64,000 bases of DNA, taken from positions 2,368,001 through 2,432,000 of the forward strand of contig OZ252299.1 in NCBI GenBank assembly GCA_965250285.1, read 5' to 3'. A model generated the notes under the pieces. It ran no database searches and was not told where the DNA came from. It saw nothing but the letters and a program-made list of their open reading frames with translations. Of the stretch, positions 48,509-58,039 are shown piece after piece (the first letter of the stretch is position 1; each line of letters starts with the position of its first letter). Source of the DNA: Myxococcota bacterium (GTDB lineage Bacteria; Myxococcota_A; UBA9160; UBA4427). Position numbers and translations under genes: made by a program.

Positions 48509-49066
48509 ATGTCCGTCCTTCGCCTGCAGCGCGCCCTGTCTTCTCTCCTGTTCACCTTGTGCATCGTCTTCGTCTCGAGCGCCGGCCCGGCCGACGCGCT
48601 GACCATCCGATTCGACGCGCAGGATCTGCCCGAAGCGATCGGGGCCCCTGACCGCTGGCAGCTCACCTACGACTTCGCCCCGGACGAGTGGGCCAACGTC
48701 GCCGGGGCGGCCGGGTTCGCGGTGGCCTTCGACGTCGGCACCACGGCCGGCCTCGCGCTCGCGCCGGAGGGCCCTGGCGCAGACTGGGACGCGATCGTCC
48801 TGCAGCCCGACCCGCTGCTGCCGGCCGCGGGCTTCTACGACGCGCTGGCGCTCGTGTCGACGCCGTCGCTCGCCGGCCCGTTCGCCGTGACCTTCGACTG
48901 GCTGGGTGAAGGCGCGCCCGGGAGCCAGACGTTCACGATCTACGACGCGAGCTTCGCTCCCATCGTCGTCGGCGAGACGGTGCCCGAACCGGGGACCGCC
49001 GCGCTGCTCGCGGTGGGCCTTCTGTGCCTCGCCCGCCGAAGTCGCAACGAGAGGGGTGCACGATGA
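48509..49066 (+). CDS. PEP-CTERM sorting-domain protein
   Basis: Signal peptide; C-terminus VPEPGTAALLAVGLLCLARRSR. Confidence 0.9.
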   Translation: MSVLRLQRALSSLLFTLCIVFVSSAGPADALTIRFDAQDLPEAIGAPDRWQLTYDFAPDEWANVAGAAGFAVAFDVGTTAGLALAPEGPGADWDAIVLQPDPLLPAAGFYDALALVSTPSLAGPFAVTFDWLGEGAPGSQTFTIYDASFAPIVVGETVPEPGTAALLAVGLLCLARRSRNERGAR

Positions 49067-50556
49067 AGCCGAATGCACGGCGGGGGTGCGCCGGTCGGGG
49101 CCGACCCGTTCTCATCGCACTGCTCGCACTGCTGTGCCCAGGCCTCCTCGCGTCGAGCTGCTCGTCGTCGCGCCGGGTCGAGACCGCCGACTACGTGCTC
49201 GAGTACGAACGCAGGGATGGGGGCGAGCGCGTCGGCCGAACCGCCTGGCGCTACGCATACACGGTCACGCTCACCCCGACGCGATCCGGCGCGGGCAACG
49301 TCTATGCCACCGTCACGAGCACGACGCCGACGACGGTGGTCACCCAGGGCGATCTGTACTTTGGCGACGTCGAGCGTGGTGTGACCGCGACGTCCCAGCG
49401 CCCGCTCGTCATCGAGCAGGACCGGAGCGTGCCCTTCGACCCTCAGCGGCTCGTCTTCGACGTCGACCCGATCGAGCAGGCGCCCTACGACTTCACGGCG
49501 CTCGAGGCCGAGATCGAAGCGTTCCTCGCCGCGACGCCGGGTGCCGCCGGCGCGAACGTGATCCTCGTCGAGCGCGAAGACGGCGTCATCTACAAGCGAT
49601 CGTTCGGTGCGTTCACCCCCGATCGCGTGTCGTTCATCGCTTCGGCCAGCAAGATGATCGCGGCCGGCGTGTTGCTCGCCCTCGATGACCGTGGCCTGCT
49701 CGACGTCGACGCACCGGTGAGCGACGCGACCGGGTGGGACCCCGAAGACAACCCCTCGATCACGCCCGCACAGCTCGTCTCGAACACGTCTGGGCTGCCC
49801 GGGCTGGCCCCGCTCTTCATCCCCCACATCTGCCAGTATCTGGTCACCGGGACGCTGACCGACTGCGGCGAGGAGATCTTCACGACTCCCGAGAACGACC
49901 CGATGCCGGGCGACCCACCAGATGCCGTGCGGGCGATCCCGCCCGATACCGCCTTTCGCTATGGCGGCGGCCAGTGGCAGGTGGCGGGCGGGGTCGCCGA
50001 GCTCGCGTCGGGCAAGACCTGGCGCCAGCTGATCGACGAGCTCTACGTCGAGCCCTGCGGGCTCGAGGCGTTCGGCTTCTCGAACCCGTTCACGGCGTTC
50101 CCGGGCACCTCGGTGGCCGGCTACCCGGTCGGCTTCGACGGGGATCTGTCGAAGGTGCCGGTGACGGACAATCCGAACCTCGAAGGCGGTGCGTACACGA
50201 CCAGCGGCGACTACGGCAAGCTGCTGCTGATGCATCTGCGCGACGGGCTCTGCGGCGAGAACGAGGTCATGAGCGCAGCCGCCGTCGACACGCTGCACAC
50301 CGATCGGTTGCTCGAAGTGCTCGGGCCCGACGTGGTGACCGGCTTCGGGGGACTCGACGGCTACGGCTACGGCTGGTGGCACGATCGAAGCACGCCCGCG
50401 GTGCTGCTCGATCCGGGAGCGTGGGGGGCCACGGCCTGGCTCGACACCGACCGCAAGTACGCGGGCTTCATCCTCGTCGAAGACTCGAGCGCCGGCACGC
50501 CGCTCTACGCCCGCATTCGCGGCCTGGCCGAGGCGGCGGTCGACGCCGCTCGCTGA
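49063..50556 (+). CDS. Beta-lactamase/AmpC-family serine hydrolase, probable lipoprotein with extra N-terminal beta domain
   Basis: Possible lipobox LASSC, SxxK in IASASK, LVSNTSGL, FRYGG, YGYGWW; ATGA overlap with the PEP-CTERM gene. Confidence 0.85.
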   Translation: MKPNARRGCAGRGRPVLIALLALLCPGLLASSCSSSRRVETADYVLEYERRDGGERVGRTAWRYAYTVTLTPTRSGAGNVYATVTSTTPTTVVTQGDLYFGDVERGVTATSQRPLVIEQDRSVPFDPQRLVFDVDPIEQAPYDFTALEAEIEAFLAATPGAAGANVILVEREDGVIYKRSFGAFTPDRVSFIASASKMIAAGVLLALDDRGLLDVDAPVSDATGWDPEDNPSITPAQLVSNTSGLPGLAPLFIPHICQYLVTGTLTDCGEEIFTTPENDPMPGDPPDAVRAIPPDTAFRYGGGQWQVAGGVAELASGKTWRQLIDELYVEPCGLEAFGFSNPFTAFPGTSVAGYPVGFDGDLSKVPVTDNPNLEGGAYTTSGDYGKLLLMHLRDGLCGENEVMSAAAVDTLHTDRLLEVLGPDVVTGFGGLDGYGYGWWHDRSTPAVLLDPGAWGATAWLDTDRKYAGFILVEDSSAGTPLYARIRGLAEAAVDAAR

Positions 50557-50573
50557 GCGGCCGCGGCCAGCGG

Positions 50574-52646
50574 TCAGCCGGGTGCACTCGAATCGACGGC
50601 GCGCTCGAGAACGCGGACGATCTCGCCGGTGGCATCGACTTCGACGAGATCGCCCGTCCGAATCGTCGACGTGGCGCGGCCCGTGCCCGTCACGGTCGGG
50701 ATCTTGAGCTCACGGGCAATGATGCTCGCGTGGCAGGCCACGCCCCCGTCGTCGGTCACGATCGCGCCGGCATGCCGCAGCAGCGGCATCAGGTTCGGGT
50801 TCGACTGGATCGAGACCAGCACCTCTCCGTCCTCGAGCTCATAGCCTTCGGGGTTCGATGACAGGACCACGCGCGCGCGCCCTCGGTGCACCCCCGGCCA
50901 GGCCGCCTGCCCCGCGATCCGATCGGGGTCGTCGGGTGGGACGATCTGCCGCTGCCCCGCCTCGCGCATGAGCAGATACCCGGTTTCGCTCACGAAGCGC
51001 ACGCGCTCTTCATCGCCGAGCGATTGGTAGACGAAGAGCTGGCCCGCCTCGACCGCGGCCAGCCGCTCGTCGAGCGTTGCCCGGTCGAGCGTCGCGTCCC
51101 GCAGCTCGCGCCAGGTCGCGAGCTCGGCCGTCCGCTCGGGCGCCGCGAAGTCGAGCGCCCGCCCCCGTTCGGAAGCGGCCGGCGCCACGATCTCATGAGC
51201 GACACGAGGGTAGAGTGAACGCGCCCGAAGCCCCTCGGCCAGCTCGCGCACCCGGGGATCGGCCGGCTTCTCGTCGCCGAGCGCGATCAGCGTCCACGCT
51301 GGAATCGTGACCGTGTAGCGCCCTACCTCGATCAGGTAGGCCGCGGCCTCGTCGATGTCGGCGAAGCCCTCGCCGCTCTGCATGCGCGCGACGCCGCGCT
51401 CGAAGACTTCGTTGCCGCGCTCGAGCAGATCGACCAGCTTCGCCGGGTCGTTGCGCGCCAGATCGAGAAAGTGGTCGAAGCCCGCCTGCATGGCGATGGC
51501 GCCGTGGTAGGTCGTCGCCATGCCGGCTTCGTCCTGAATGGCCATGAAGCGGTCGCAGTGCAGGTCGAGATCGGCGCCCGAGTGCTCGGTGTCGACCCAG
51601 TGGGCGAGCACCGAGACCTCGAGCAGCGACATGGGGCGTCGCACCATCGTCTGCCACGGCTCCGACGTGTCGACGATCGGCTCGGCATACTCGGCGGCGA
51701 GCGTCGTGATCGGCCGGGCCTGAAGCAGCTGGAACCCCGCATCGGTCAGGGCCCACTCCGTATCCATCGGCTTGCCATAGTGTCCCTCAATTCGATCGAG
51801 CATCGACGCGTACTCGAGCACGCGCGCGTCGCTCAGCTTCGGCGCCTCGCCCAGCGCGACGGCGACGTCGCGCCACTCGGGCTCGGGCGACGCGGCGTCG
51901 AGGAAGAGACCACGACGCTGCTGACCCACCGTCCGTTCCGTGATCTGCCCAGCGCTCGGATCGACGACGAACTGATCGGGGTTCACGGCACCCGATACGA
52001 TCGCCTCACCGAGCCCGAGACACGCCTCGACGAGCTGCAGGCCGGGCTCCTGCGTCACGGGATGGACCGAGAAGCCAATCCCCGACACCTCGCTCGCCAC
52101 CATCTGCTGAACGACGACCGCGACCCCGAACTCACCCTGCCCGAACCCATGGGCCGCGCCGTAGGCGAGCGCCCGTGGCTGGTAGATCGACAGCCAACAG
52201 GCCTTCGTCTGCTCGACGGCGAGATCGGGCGGCACGTTGAGAAACGTTTCGAGCTGCCCCGCCCACGCCGTCGCCGTCCCGTCTTCGCAGGTCGCGCTCG
52301 ATCGCACCGACACCCGGCCGGCGCCCAGATCTTCGAGCCCGGCGCGCACCGCTCGCACGACGGTCTCGGGCACCGGGGCCGGCTCGAGCCGTCGCCGGAT
52401 GACGTCGGCCGCCTGGTCGACGGGGATGGCGTGCGAGGCCACGTGCGCCAGCGTCTGGGCGACCTCGCCGGCCGGATCGGCCGCCGCCATGAACTGGTCG
52501 AACGCATGGCGCGTCACGACGAAGGCGGGGGGCACGTTCGCGCCGGCGCGCCGCAGCTCGCCGAGCGACGCGCCCTTTCCGCCGGCCGAGTCGACGTGCG
52601 ATGCATCGAGCTCTTCGAGTCGCTGGATCAAGGGGGATGCGGTCAC
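50574..52646 (-). CDS. PEP-synthase-related dikinase (ATP-grasp, central domain, C-terminal phospho-His swivel; rifampin phosphotransferase-like layout)
   Basis: GGKGASLGEL, VRSSATCED, VVVQQMV, GLGEAIVSG, DTEWA, LQARPITTL; C-terminal GGVACHASIIARELKIP. No PEP-binding TIM barrel. Confidence 0.88.
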   Translation of the reverse strand: MTASPLIQRLEELDASHVDSAGGKGASLGELRRAGANVPPAFVVTRHAFDQFMAAADPAGEVAQTLAHVASHAIPVDQAADVIRRRLEPAPVPETVVRAVRAGLEDLGAGRVSVRSSATCEDGTATAWAGQLETFLNVPPDLAVEQTKACWLSIYQPRALAYGAAHGFGQGEFGVAVVVQQMVASEVSGIGFSVHPVTQEPGLQLVEACLGLGEAIVSGAVNPDQFVVDPSAGQITERTVGQQRRGLFLDAASPEPEWRDVAVALGEAPKLSDARVLEYASMLDRIEGHYGKPMDTEWALTDAGFQLLQARPITTLAAEYAEPIVDTSEPWQTMVRRPMSLLEVSVLAHWVDTEHSGADLDLHCDRFMAIQDEAGMATTYHGAIAMQAGFDHFLDLARNDPAKLVDLLERGNEVFERGVARMQSGEGFADIDEAAAYLIEVGRYTVTIPAWTLIALGDEKPADPRVRELAEGLRARSLYPRVAHEIVAPAASERGRALDFAAPERTAELATWRELRDATLDRATLDERLAAVEAGQLFVYQSLGDEERVRFVSETGYLLMREAGQRQIVPPDDPDRIAGQAAWPGVHRGRARVVLSSNPEGYELEDGEVLVSIQSNPNLMPLLRHAGAIVTDDGGVACHASIIARELKIPTVTGTGRATSTIRTGDLVEVDATGEIVRVLERAVDSSAPG

Positions 52647-52740
52647 TCGACACCTCACCTCGCGCCGTCGGTCCGTTCGTTCGAATCCCCGCCCCCGAGA
52701 GCGTTGGCTGCCCGGGCGAGCGTGCCTCGGCTCCAGACGC

Positions 52741-54282
52741 TCAGGCGGGGCCTTCAGTCAGCGACAGATCCTCGCAGATCGCCGCCGCGGCGTTCCGGCC
52801 GGGCATCATCGATACGCCGCCGCCGGGATGCGTGCCCGATCCGCACAGATACACCCCTTCGACCGGCGTGCGGTACCGACCGCACTCGGCGATCGGCCGG
52901 TTCGCACCCAGCTGCGAGGCGATCACCGCGCCGTGGGTCATGCAGCCATTCACCGTATCGAAACCGAGCGACAGCTCCTCGGCCGGGTCGCGCAGCACAC
53001 GCGTGCGCGTGCGTGCACGCAGGCCCGGGGCGTAGTCGCGCTCGAACTCGTCGAGGACGCGGTCGGCATAGGGCTCGGCGGCTTCTTGCCAGGTGCGTGC
53101 GTCGATCGTCCCTCGCGCATCGCCCTCGATCACGAACGGCACGGGCTGGATGACGAGCTTCATGACCGATCGGCCCTGCGGTGCTCGACTCGGATCGACG
53201 GCCCCTTCGTTCGCCGTCAACACGAAGGGCTGCGTCGGCAGCAGTCCGCTGCGGGCCTCGCGAAGCATGCGCGAGAAGGGCTTCATCGACGGCTCGGAGG
53301 GGTGTACGTAGGTCGCGCGGCCAGCCGGAGCACCCGCCGCATACGCCGCGGGCTCGTCGAGCGCGAGGAACACGCAAAGCGCGCCCAACCCGAACCGGTA
53401 GCCCCCCATCTTGCGGGTGACTTCGCTGCCGACTTCGTCTTCGCGAAGCAGATCGAGCAGCACCCGAGCGGGATTGGCGTTGGCGACGATCGGTCCGCGA
53501 GAGCGGATCTCCTCGCCACCGGCGAGGCGAACGCCGACGGCCCGCCCGCGCTCGACGACAATGCGCTCGACCCGGGCCGCGGTCCGAATCGCGCCGCCGT
53601 GCTCGCGGATCGACGCCGCCAGCGCGTCGCAGAGCTTCTGCATGCCGCCGCGGACGACGTTGTTGCCCTCGTTCTGGATGATCGTCACGAAGTCCTGCGC
53701 GAAGGCCGCACTGCCCTCTTCTTCGGGTGCGAGCCCCACGTGGCAGGCCCAGGCGGCCATGACCGCCTGCATCTCGGGCGACTCGAAGTGGGCGGGCGCC
53801 CACTCGCTCAGCCGAGCACGTCGCTCGGCTGGCAGCGCAGCGGCCTCGGGCTCGTGATTGAGCCCGGCCGCGACGCGATCGCGCTGTGCGACGTAGTCGT
53901 CGTTCAGGCGACGCCACGCGTCGGCGTCGCGCTGCGAGAATGCAGCGATGCTGCGACACGTCTCGTCGATGTCGCGCCAGCACTCGATGGCCCGGCCGTC
54001 GGGGAAGGCGTGCACCCAGTTGGGGTCGGGGTGCAGCAGCTCGAAGCCGTTTCGCTCGAGCTCGAGCTCTCGCGGGGCCGGCGATAGATTGCCCAGCTGG
54101 TAGCCATAGCCGTGCACGTCCGACGAGAAGCCGGGCCCGGTGAGCTCCTCGGATCGGGTCAGGCCCCCGATCTGGCCGTATTGCTCGAGCACGAGCACCG
54201 AGAGCCCGGCCCGTGCGAGATAGGCCGCGCAGGTCAAGCCGTTGTGACCGGCTCCGATGACGATGGCGTCGGGGTCACGCAC
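52741..54282 (-). CDS. Phytoene dehydrogenase-like FAD oxidoreductase
   Basis: IGAGHNGLTCAAYLA, GGMQKLCDAL, YRTPVEGVYLCGSGTHPGGGVS..PGRNAA. Confidence 0.9.
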   Translation of the reverse strand: MRDPDAIVIGAGHNGLTCAAYLARAGLSVLVLEQYGQIGGLTRSEELTGPGFSSDVHGYGYQLGNLSPAPRELELERNGFELLHPDPNWVHAFPDGRAIECWRDIDETCRSIAAFSQRDADAWRRLNDDYVAQRDRVAAGLNHEPEAAALPAERRARLSEWAPAHFESPEMQAVMAAWACHVGLAPEEEGSAAFAQDFVTIIQNEGNNVVRGGMQKLCDALAASIREHGGAIRTAARVERIVVERGRAVGVRLAGGEEIRSRGPIVANANPARVLLDLLREDEVGSEVTRKMGGYRFGLGALCVFLALDEPAAYAAGAPAGRATYVHPSEPSMKPFSRMLREARSGLLPTQPFVLTANEGAVDPSRAPQGRSVMKLVIQPVPFVIEGDARGTIDARTWQEAAEPYADRVLDEFERDYAPGLRARTRTRVLRDPAEELSLGFDTVNGCMTHGAVIASQLGANRPIAECGRYRTPVEGVYLCGSGTHPGGGVSMMPGRNAAAAICEDLSLTEGPA

Positions 54283-54371
54283 GCGCTCAGGATAGCTGCC
54301 ACGAAGTCATGCGCTGGGCCGCGCGCGGCACACGCGACGCCGTGAACGCGCGCGTCCGGCTCAGGCGCGTC

Positions 54372-55925
54372 TCAGGACGGCGCTTCGACCGTGCCGGGCC
54401 CCTCGATCCGCTCGACGGTGAGCCCGCGCCGCTCGGCCGATTCTTCGAGGTCGCGCAGGATCTCGAGGACATCGTGATCGATCGCGACGGTGCGACTCAG
54501 GTCGAGCACGATGTGAGAGCCGTCGGGCACGGCAGAGAGCTCGCGCAGCAGCGCGCCCCGACTCAAGAACGACACTTGCTCGGCCAGCCGCAGGCGCACG
54601 ACGTGGCCATCGGCCTGCTCACGCTCCTCGACGTCGACGGTGTGCGAGTTCGTGTAGCTCTGATAGAGCACGAAGAACACACCGACGGCCAGGCCGAGCA
54701 GCACGCCCTTGAGCAGGTCGGTCAGCAGAATCGCCAGGATCGTCACGATGAACGGCCCGAACTGGCTGAAACCGAGGCGGTACATCGAGACGAAGAGCTG
54801 GGGCTTCGCGAGCTTGTAGCCCACGACGAAGAGGATCGCGGCGAGCACCGAGAGCGGCACGAGGTTCAGTAGATCTTCGAGGAGGAAGACGGCGATGATC
54901 AGCAGGATGCCGTGCACGATGGCCGACGCCTTCGTCTTGGCGCCCGACTGAATGTTGGCCGAGCTGCGCACGATGACCTGCGTGACCGGCAGACCGCCGA
55001 CGAAGCCCGAAATCGAGTTGCCGACGCCCTGCGCGACCAGCTCGCGGTTGGTGGGCGTGACGCGCTTGTCGGGGTCGAGCTTGTCGGTCGCCTCGACGCA
55101 GAGCAGCGTCTCGAGGCTCGCGACGATGGCGAGCGTGAGCGCGGTGACCCAGATCTGGGGGTTCCCGACGTAGCTCCAATCGGGCGAGACGATCACGCCC
55201 GCGATCTCGGAGAACCCGTCGAGCACGGGGATCTGCACCAGGTGGTCGCTCGCGAGGGCCCAGCCCGGCGCGTATCGGACGGTGAGGAACTGGAAGGCCA
55301 TGCCGAAGCACACGGCGACGAGAGGCCCCTGGATCAGCTGGAAGATCCTTGCGCGATGGACGAGCACCTGGTCCCACAGGATCAGGATGCCGAGCGCGAC
55401 GATCGAGACGAGCGTCGCGCTCGCATCGAAGTTCTCTGCGGCGCGGAAGATCGCCGAGAACGTCGTCTCGCCGTCGGGCTGAATGAACGCGAAGTCGCCT
55501 TCGGGGTCCGCGTCCCAGCCGACGGCGTGGGGAATCTGCTTGAGAATGATGAGCAGGCCGATGCCCGTCAGCATCCCCATGATGACCGCAGAGGGAAAGA
55601 AGTAGGCAAGCACGCCCGCGCGACCGAGCCCGAGGGCGATCTGGATGAAGCCCGAGAGCACGACGGCCACCAGGAACGCCTCGTAGCTGCCGAGGCTCTC
55701 GATCGCACCGGCGACGATGACCGCAAGACCGGCTGCGGGGCCCGAGACGCCCACATGGGAACCGCTCAGCAGCCCCACGATCGTGCCGCCCACGATGCCC
55801 GCGATCAGGCCCGCGAACAGCGGTGCGCCACTGGCGAGCGCGATGCCGAGGCACAGCGGTACGGCGACGAAGAAGACGACGATGCCAGCGGGCACGTCCT
55901 GACGAAGATGCTTCAGCGGGTGCAA
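54372..55925 (-). CDS. SulP/SLC26 anion (bicarbonate/sulfate) transporter with short STAS domain
   Basis: DVPAGIVVFFVAVPLCLGIALASG, VSGPAAG, SLETLL, NRELVAQGVGN, VIVRSSAN. Confidence 0.94.
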   Translation of the reverse strand: MHPLKHLRQDVPAGIVVFFVAVPLCLGIALASGAPLFAGLIAGIVGGTIVGLLSGSHVGVSGPAAGLAVIVAGAIESLGSYEAFLVAVVLSGFIQIALGLGRAGVLAYFFPSAVIMGMLTGIGLLIILKQIPHAVGWDADPEGDFAFIQPDGETTFSAIFRAAENFDASATLVSIVALGILILWDQVLVHRARIFQLIQGPLVAVCFGMAFQFLTVRYAPGWALASDHLVQIPVLDGFSEIAGVIVSPDWSYVGNPQIWVTALTLAIVASLETLLCVEATDKLDPDKRVTPTNRELVAQGVGNSISGFVGGLPVTQVIVRSSANIQSGAKTKASAIVHGILLIIAVFLLEDLLNLVPLSVLAAILFVVGYKLAKPQLFVSMYRLGFSQFGPFIVTILAILLTDLLKGVLLGLAVGVFFVLYQSYTNSHTVDVEEREQADGHVVRLRLAEQVSFLSRGALLRELSAVPDGSHIVLDLSRTVAIDHDVLEILRDLEESAERRGLTVERIEGPGTVEAPS

Positions 55926-56203
55926 ACGTGTCTTCCTGCCGTGAGGGCGATTTCCGCCACGATGGACTCGCAGAATCCAATGAGAATGAAGGACGCTAAC
56001 GCACTCGCGGATCGCGTTGTAGAGCCGCGGGAGCTCGATTCGAATCGCGCGAGACCGGAGTCCACGCCTCGAACGTGCGCTTCAATCGAGCGCCGGATCA
56101 CATCGATGGCCCGGCTTCGCGGGCGGCGGCGCGCGCACTGCCGGCGGCGGCCGACGCGGCGCCTCGGAGGGGTCGACTCGGGGCGCCGCCCGTCGCCGGA
56201 CAC

Positions 56204-57784
56204 CTACATGACAGGCTCGACAACGCCCGACCAGCCGACGGTGCGGGTCGCGACGTAGCCATCCGGCCGAACCAGGTACGCGCACCGCTCCGTCGCGCCA
56301 TAGCGATCGTGCATCCCACCATCGGGGTCTTCGATGCGTGTGGCCGGGGCCACGTCGGCCCTGGGCGTGCGGCTCACGACACACGGCTCGACCCAGGCGA
56401 TGTGGGGGCGAACCGCTTCGAGCGCCCGCTTGCGTTCTTCGGGTGTGCTGCCGCCAGACCCCTCGAAGAGCAGGAGGTGAGCCTTGCCCGAGCCGAGCTG
56501 GCGATAGAGGCTGGTCTCGGTGTCGTTCCAGCGGATGCCGGTTGCGTCGGGCGCCTGTGCGCCCGGGGCCGGCCCGGCTTCGAAGTCGCCCTCCCCCGCT
56601 TGCGACAGGGGGCTCTTGCCATAGTCGACGTCGACCTGCTGGAGGTGCCGTGCCGCGTTCAGGCGATCGGTGTCGGGGACGAGCATGTGTTCGACCAGCC
56701 GGGCGCGCTCGGCGTCCGACAGCCCGGCGTACCGCTCGAACTGCTCGGTCGCCTGCTTCGTCATCTCGACGACCTGCTCGCCAACGGCGCGTCGTTCGAT
56801 CTCGTAGCTTTCGAGCCAAGCGTCGGGCAGCACCCCGTGGATCACCCCTGCCAGCTTCCAACCGAGGTTGAAGGCGTCCTGAATGCCGACGTTCATGCCC
56901 TGCCCCGCCAGCAGGCTGTGGATGTGCGCCGCATCGCCGGCGAGGAAGACGCGGCCCTCTCGGTAGTGCGGTGCGAGCCGATACGAGATGCGGAAGTACG
57001 TGAGCCAGCGCGGGTCAGAGAGCTGGAGCCCGGGCAAGCCCCGCCGATCGACCAGCTGCTGGAGCAGCTCGAGGGTGGGCGCGCCCTCAGGCGCGTCCCC
57101 GCGCGCCAGGCTCGCGCACACGAGGCGTCGCCCCTCCGGCAACGTGCTGAAGATGAAGAGGTCGCCCTCGTCGTGCAGAAACGCGTAGCCGGTGCCTTCG
57201 TCGAGCTCTCCCTCCACGACGGCGTCCGTCAGCGCGTAGGGGTAGGGATCGCCCTCCCCGTAGAAGGCACAGCCCGAGAGGTGACGCGTCGCGCTGTGCG
57301 CGCCATCGCATCCGACGAGCCACGCCGCCCCCACGCGCTCGGCCTGGCCGACTGCGTCGACGACCGTGGCGACGACGCCGCTGTCGTCCTGCTCGAGCGC
57401 CGTGAGCTCGACACTGCGCTCGACGCGTACGCCGAGCGACGCGAGGCGTCGCTCGAGCACCGCCTCGGTGTGCGCCTGGGATTGCGACATGCCGAACGGA
57501 AACGGCGAATCGATCGGTGCGTGGGGCGTCTCGCTGACGGGTTGACCGTTCGCGAACAGCCGAATGCAGCGCTCTTCGATCGAGCCGTCGGTCACCTCTT
57601 CATCGAGGCCCAGCCCCTGGAAGATCTCGAGCGTGCGTGAATGCAGCAGGTTCGCCCGGACGTGGGGGTCGATGCCCGGCGAACGATCGATGATCCGAAC
57701 GGCGACGCCCCGGCGCGCCAGCTCGCACGCCATCATGAGCCCGGTCGACCGGCCGCCAACGATCAGAACCTGGCAGTCGCTCAT
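56204..57784 (-). CDS. Group A FAD-dependent monooxygenase (PheA/TfdB/Rox-like) with C-terminal thioredoxin-like domain
   Basis: VGCDGAHS, RVFLAGDAAHIHS..AGQGMNVGIQDAFNLGWKL, LVRPDGYV. Confidence 0.92.
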   Translation of the reverse strand: MSDCQVLIVGGRSTGLMMACELARRGVAVRIIDRSPGIDPHVRANLLHSRTLEIFQGLGLDEEVTDGSIEERCIRLFANGQPVSETPHAPIDSPFPFGMSQSQAHTEAVLERRLASLGVRVERSVELTALEQDDSGVVATVVDAVGQAERVGAAWLVGCDGAHSATRHLSGCAFYGEGDPYPYALTDAVVEGELDEGTGYAFLHDEGDLFIFSTLPEGRRLVCASLARGDAPEGAPTLELLQQLVDRRGLPGLQLSDPRWLTYFRISYRLAPHYREGRVFLAGDAAHIHSLLAGQGMNVGIQDAFNLGWKLAGVIHGVLPDAWLESYEIERRAVGEQVVEMTKQATEQFERYAGLSDAERARLVEHMLVPDTDRLNAARHLQQVDVDYGKSPLSQAGEGDFEAGPAPGAQAPDATGIRWNDTETSLYRQLGSGKAHLLLFEGSGGSTPEERKRALEAVRPHIAWVEPCVVSRTPRADVAPATRIEDPDGGMHDRYGATERCAYLVRPDGYVATRTVGWSGVVEPVM

Positions 57785-58039
57785 CTCCTCGCCTCCGCGA
57801 ATCGCATTCGTCAAGCGGGCCCCGACTCGTCCCGAATGGGCAACCCAGCAGAGCATACGCCGACTCTGCGGTGCCAGCGGCCGGGTGCATCGACGCGATG
57901 CCGATCGCCCGGGTCGATCCGATAGGCTCCCTGGTGGCGGCGCGAGTCTCCGCAAGCTCGTGCGGCCCACACGAATCGGTCGTCGCCGCCGCCCGATCGG
58001 CGACAGGAGGATGAACCGGCCCAGCCCGGTCGAAGCGAC

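Noticed and set aside
49063..50556. Beta-lactam resistance gene
   Set aside because: It has SxxK but YGG instead of YxN and no KTG triad, which fits an esterase/peptidase-type serine hydrolase.
7450..54282. A carotenoid biosynthesis pathway (CrtR-like, CrtI-like and lipocalin genes)
   Set aside because: The genes are about 44 kb apart, crtE/crtB/crtY are absent, and both families contain many non-carotenoid members.
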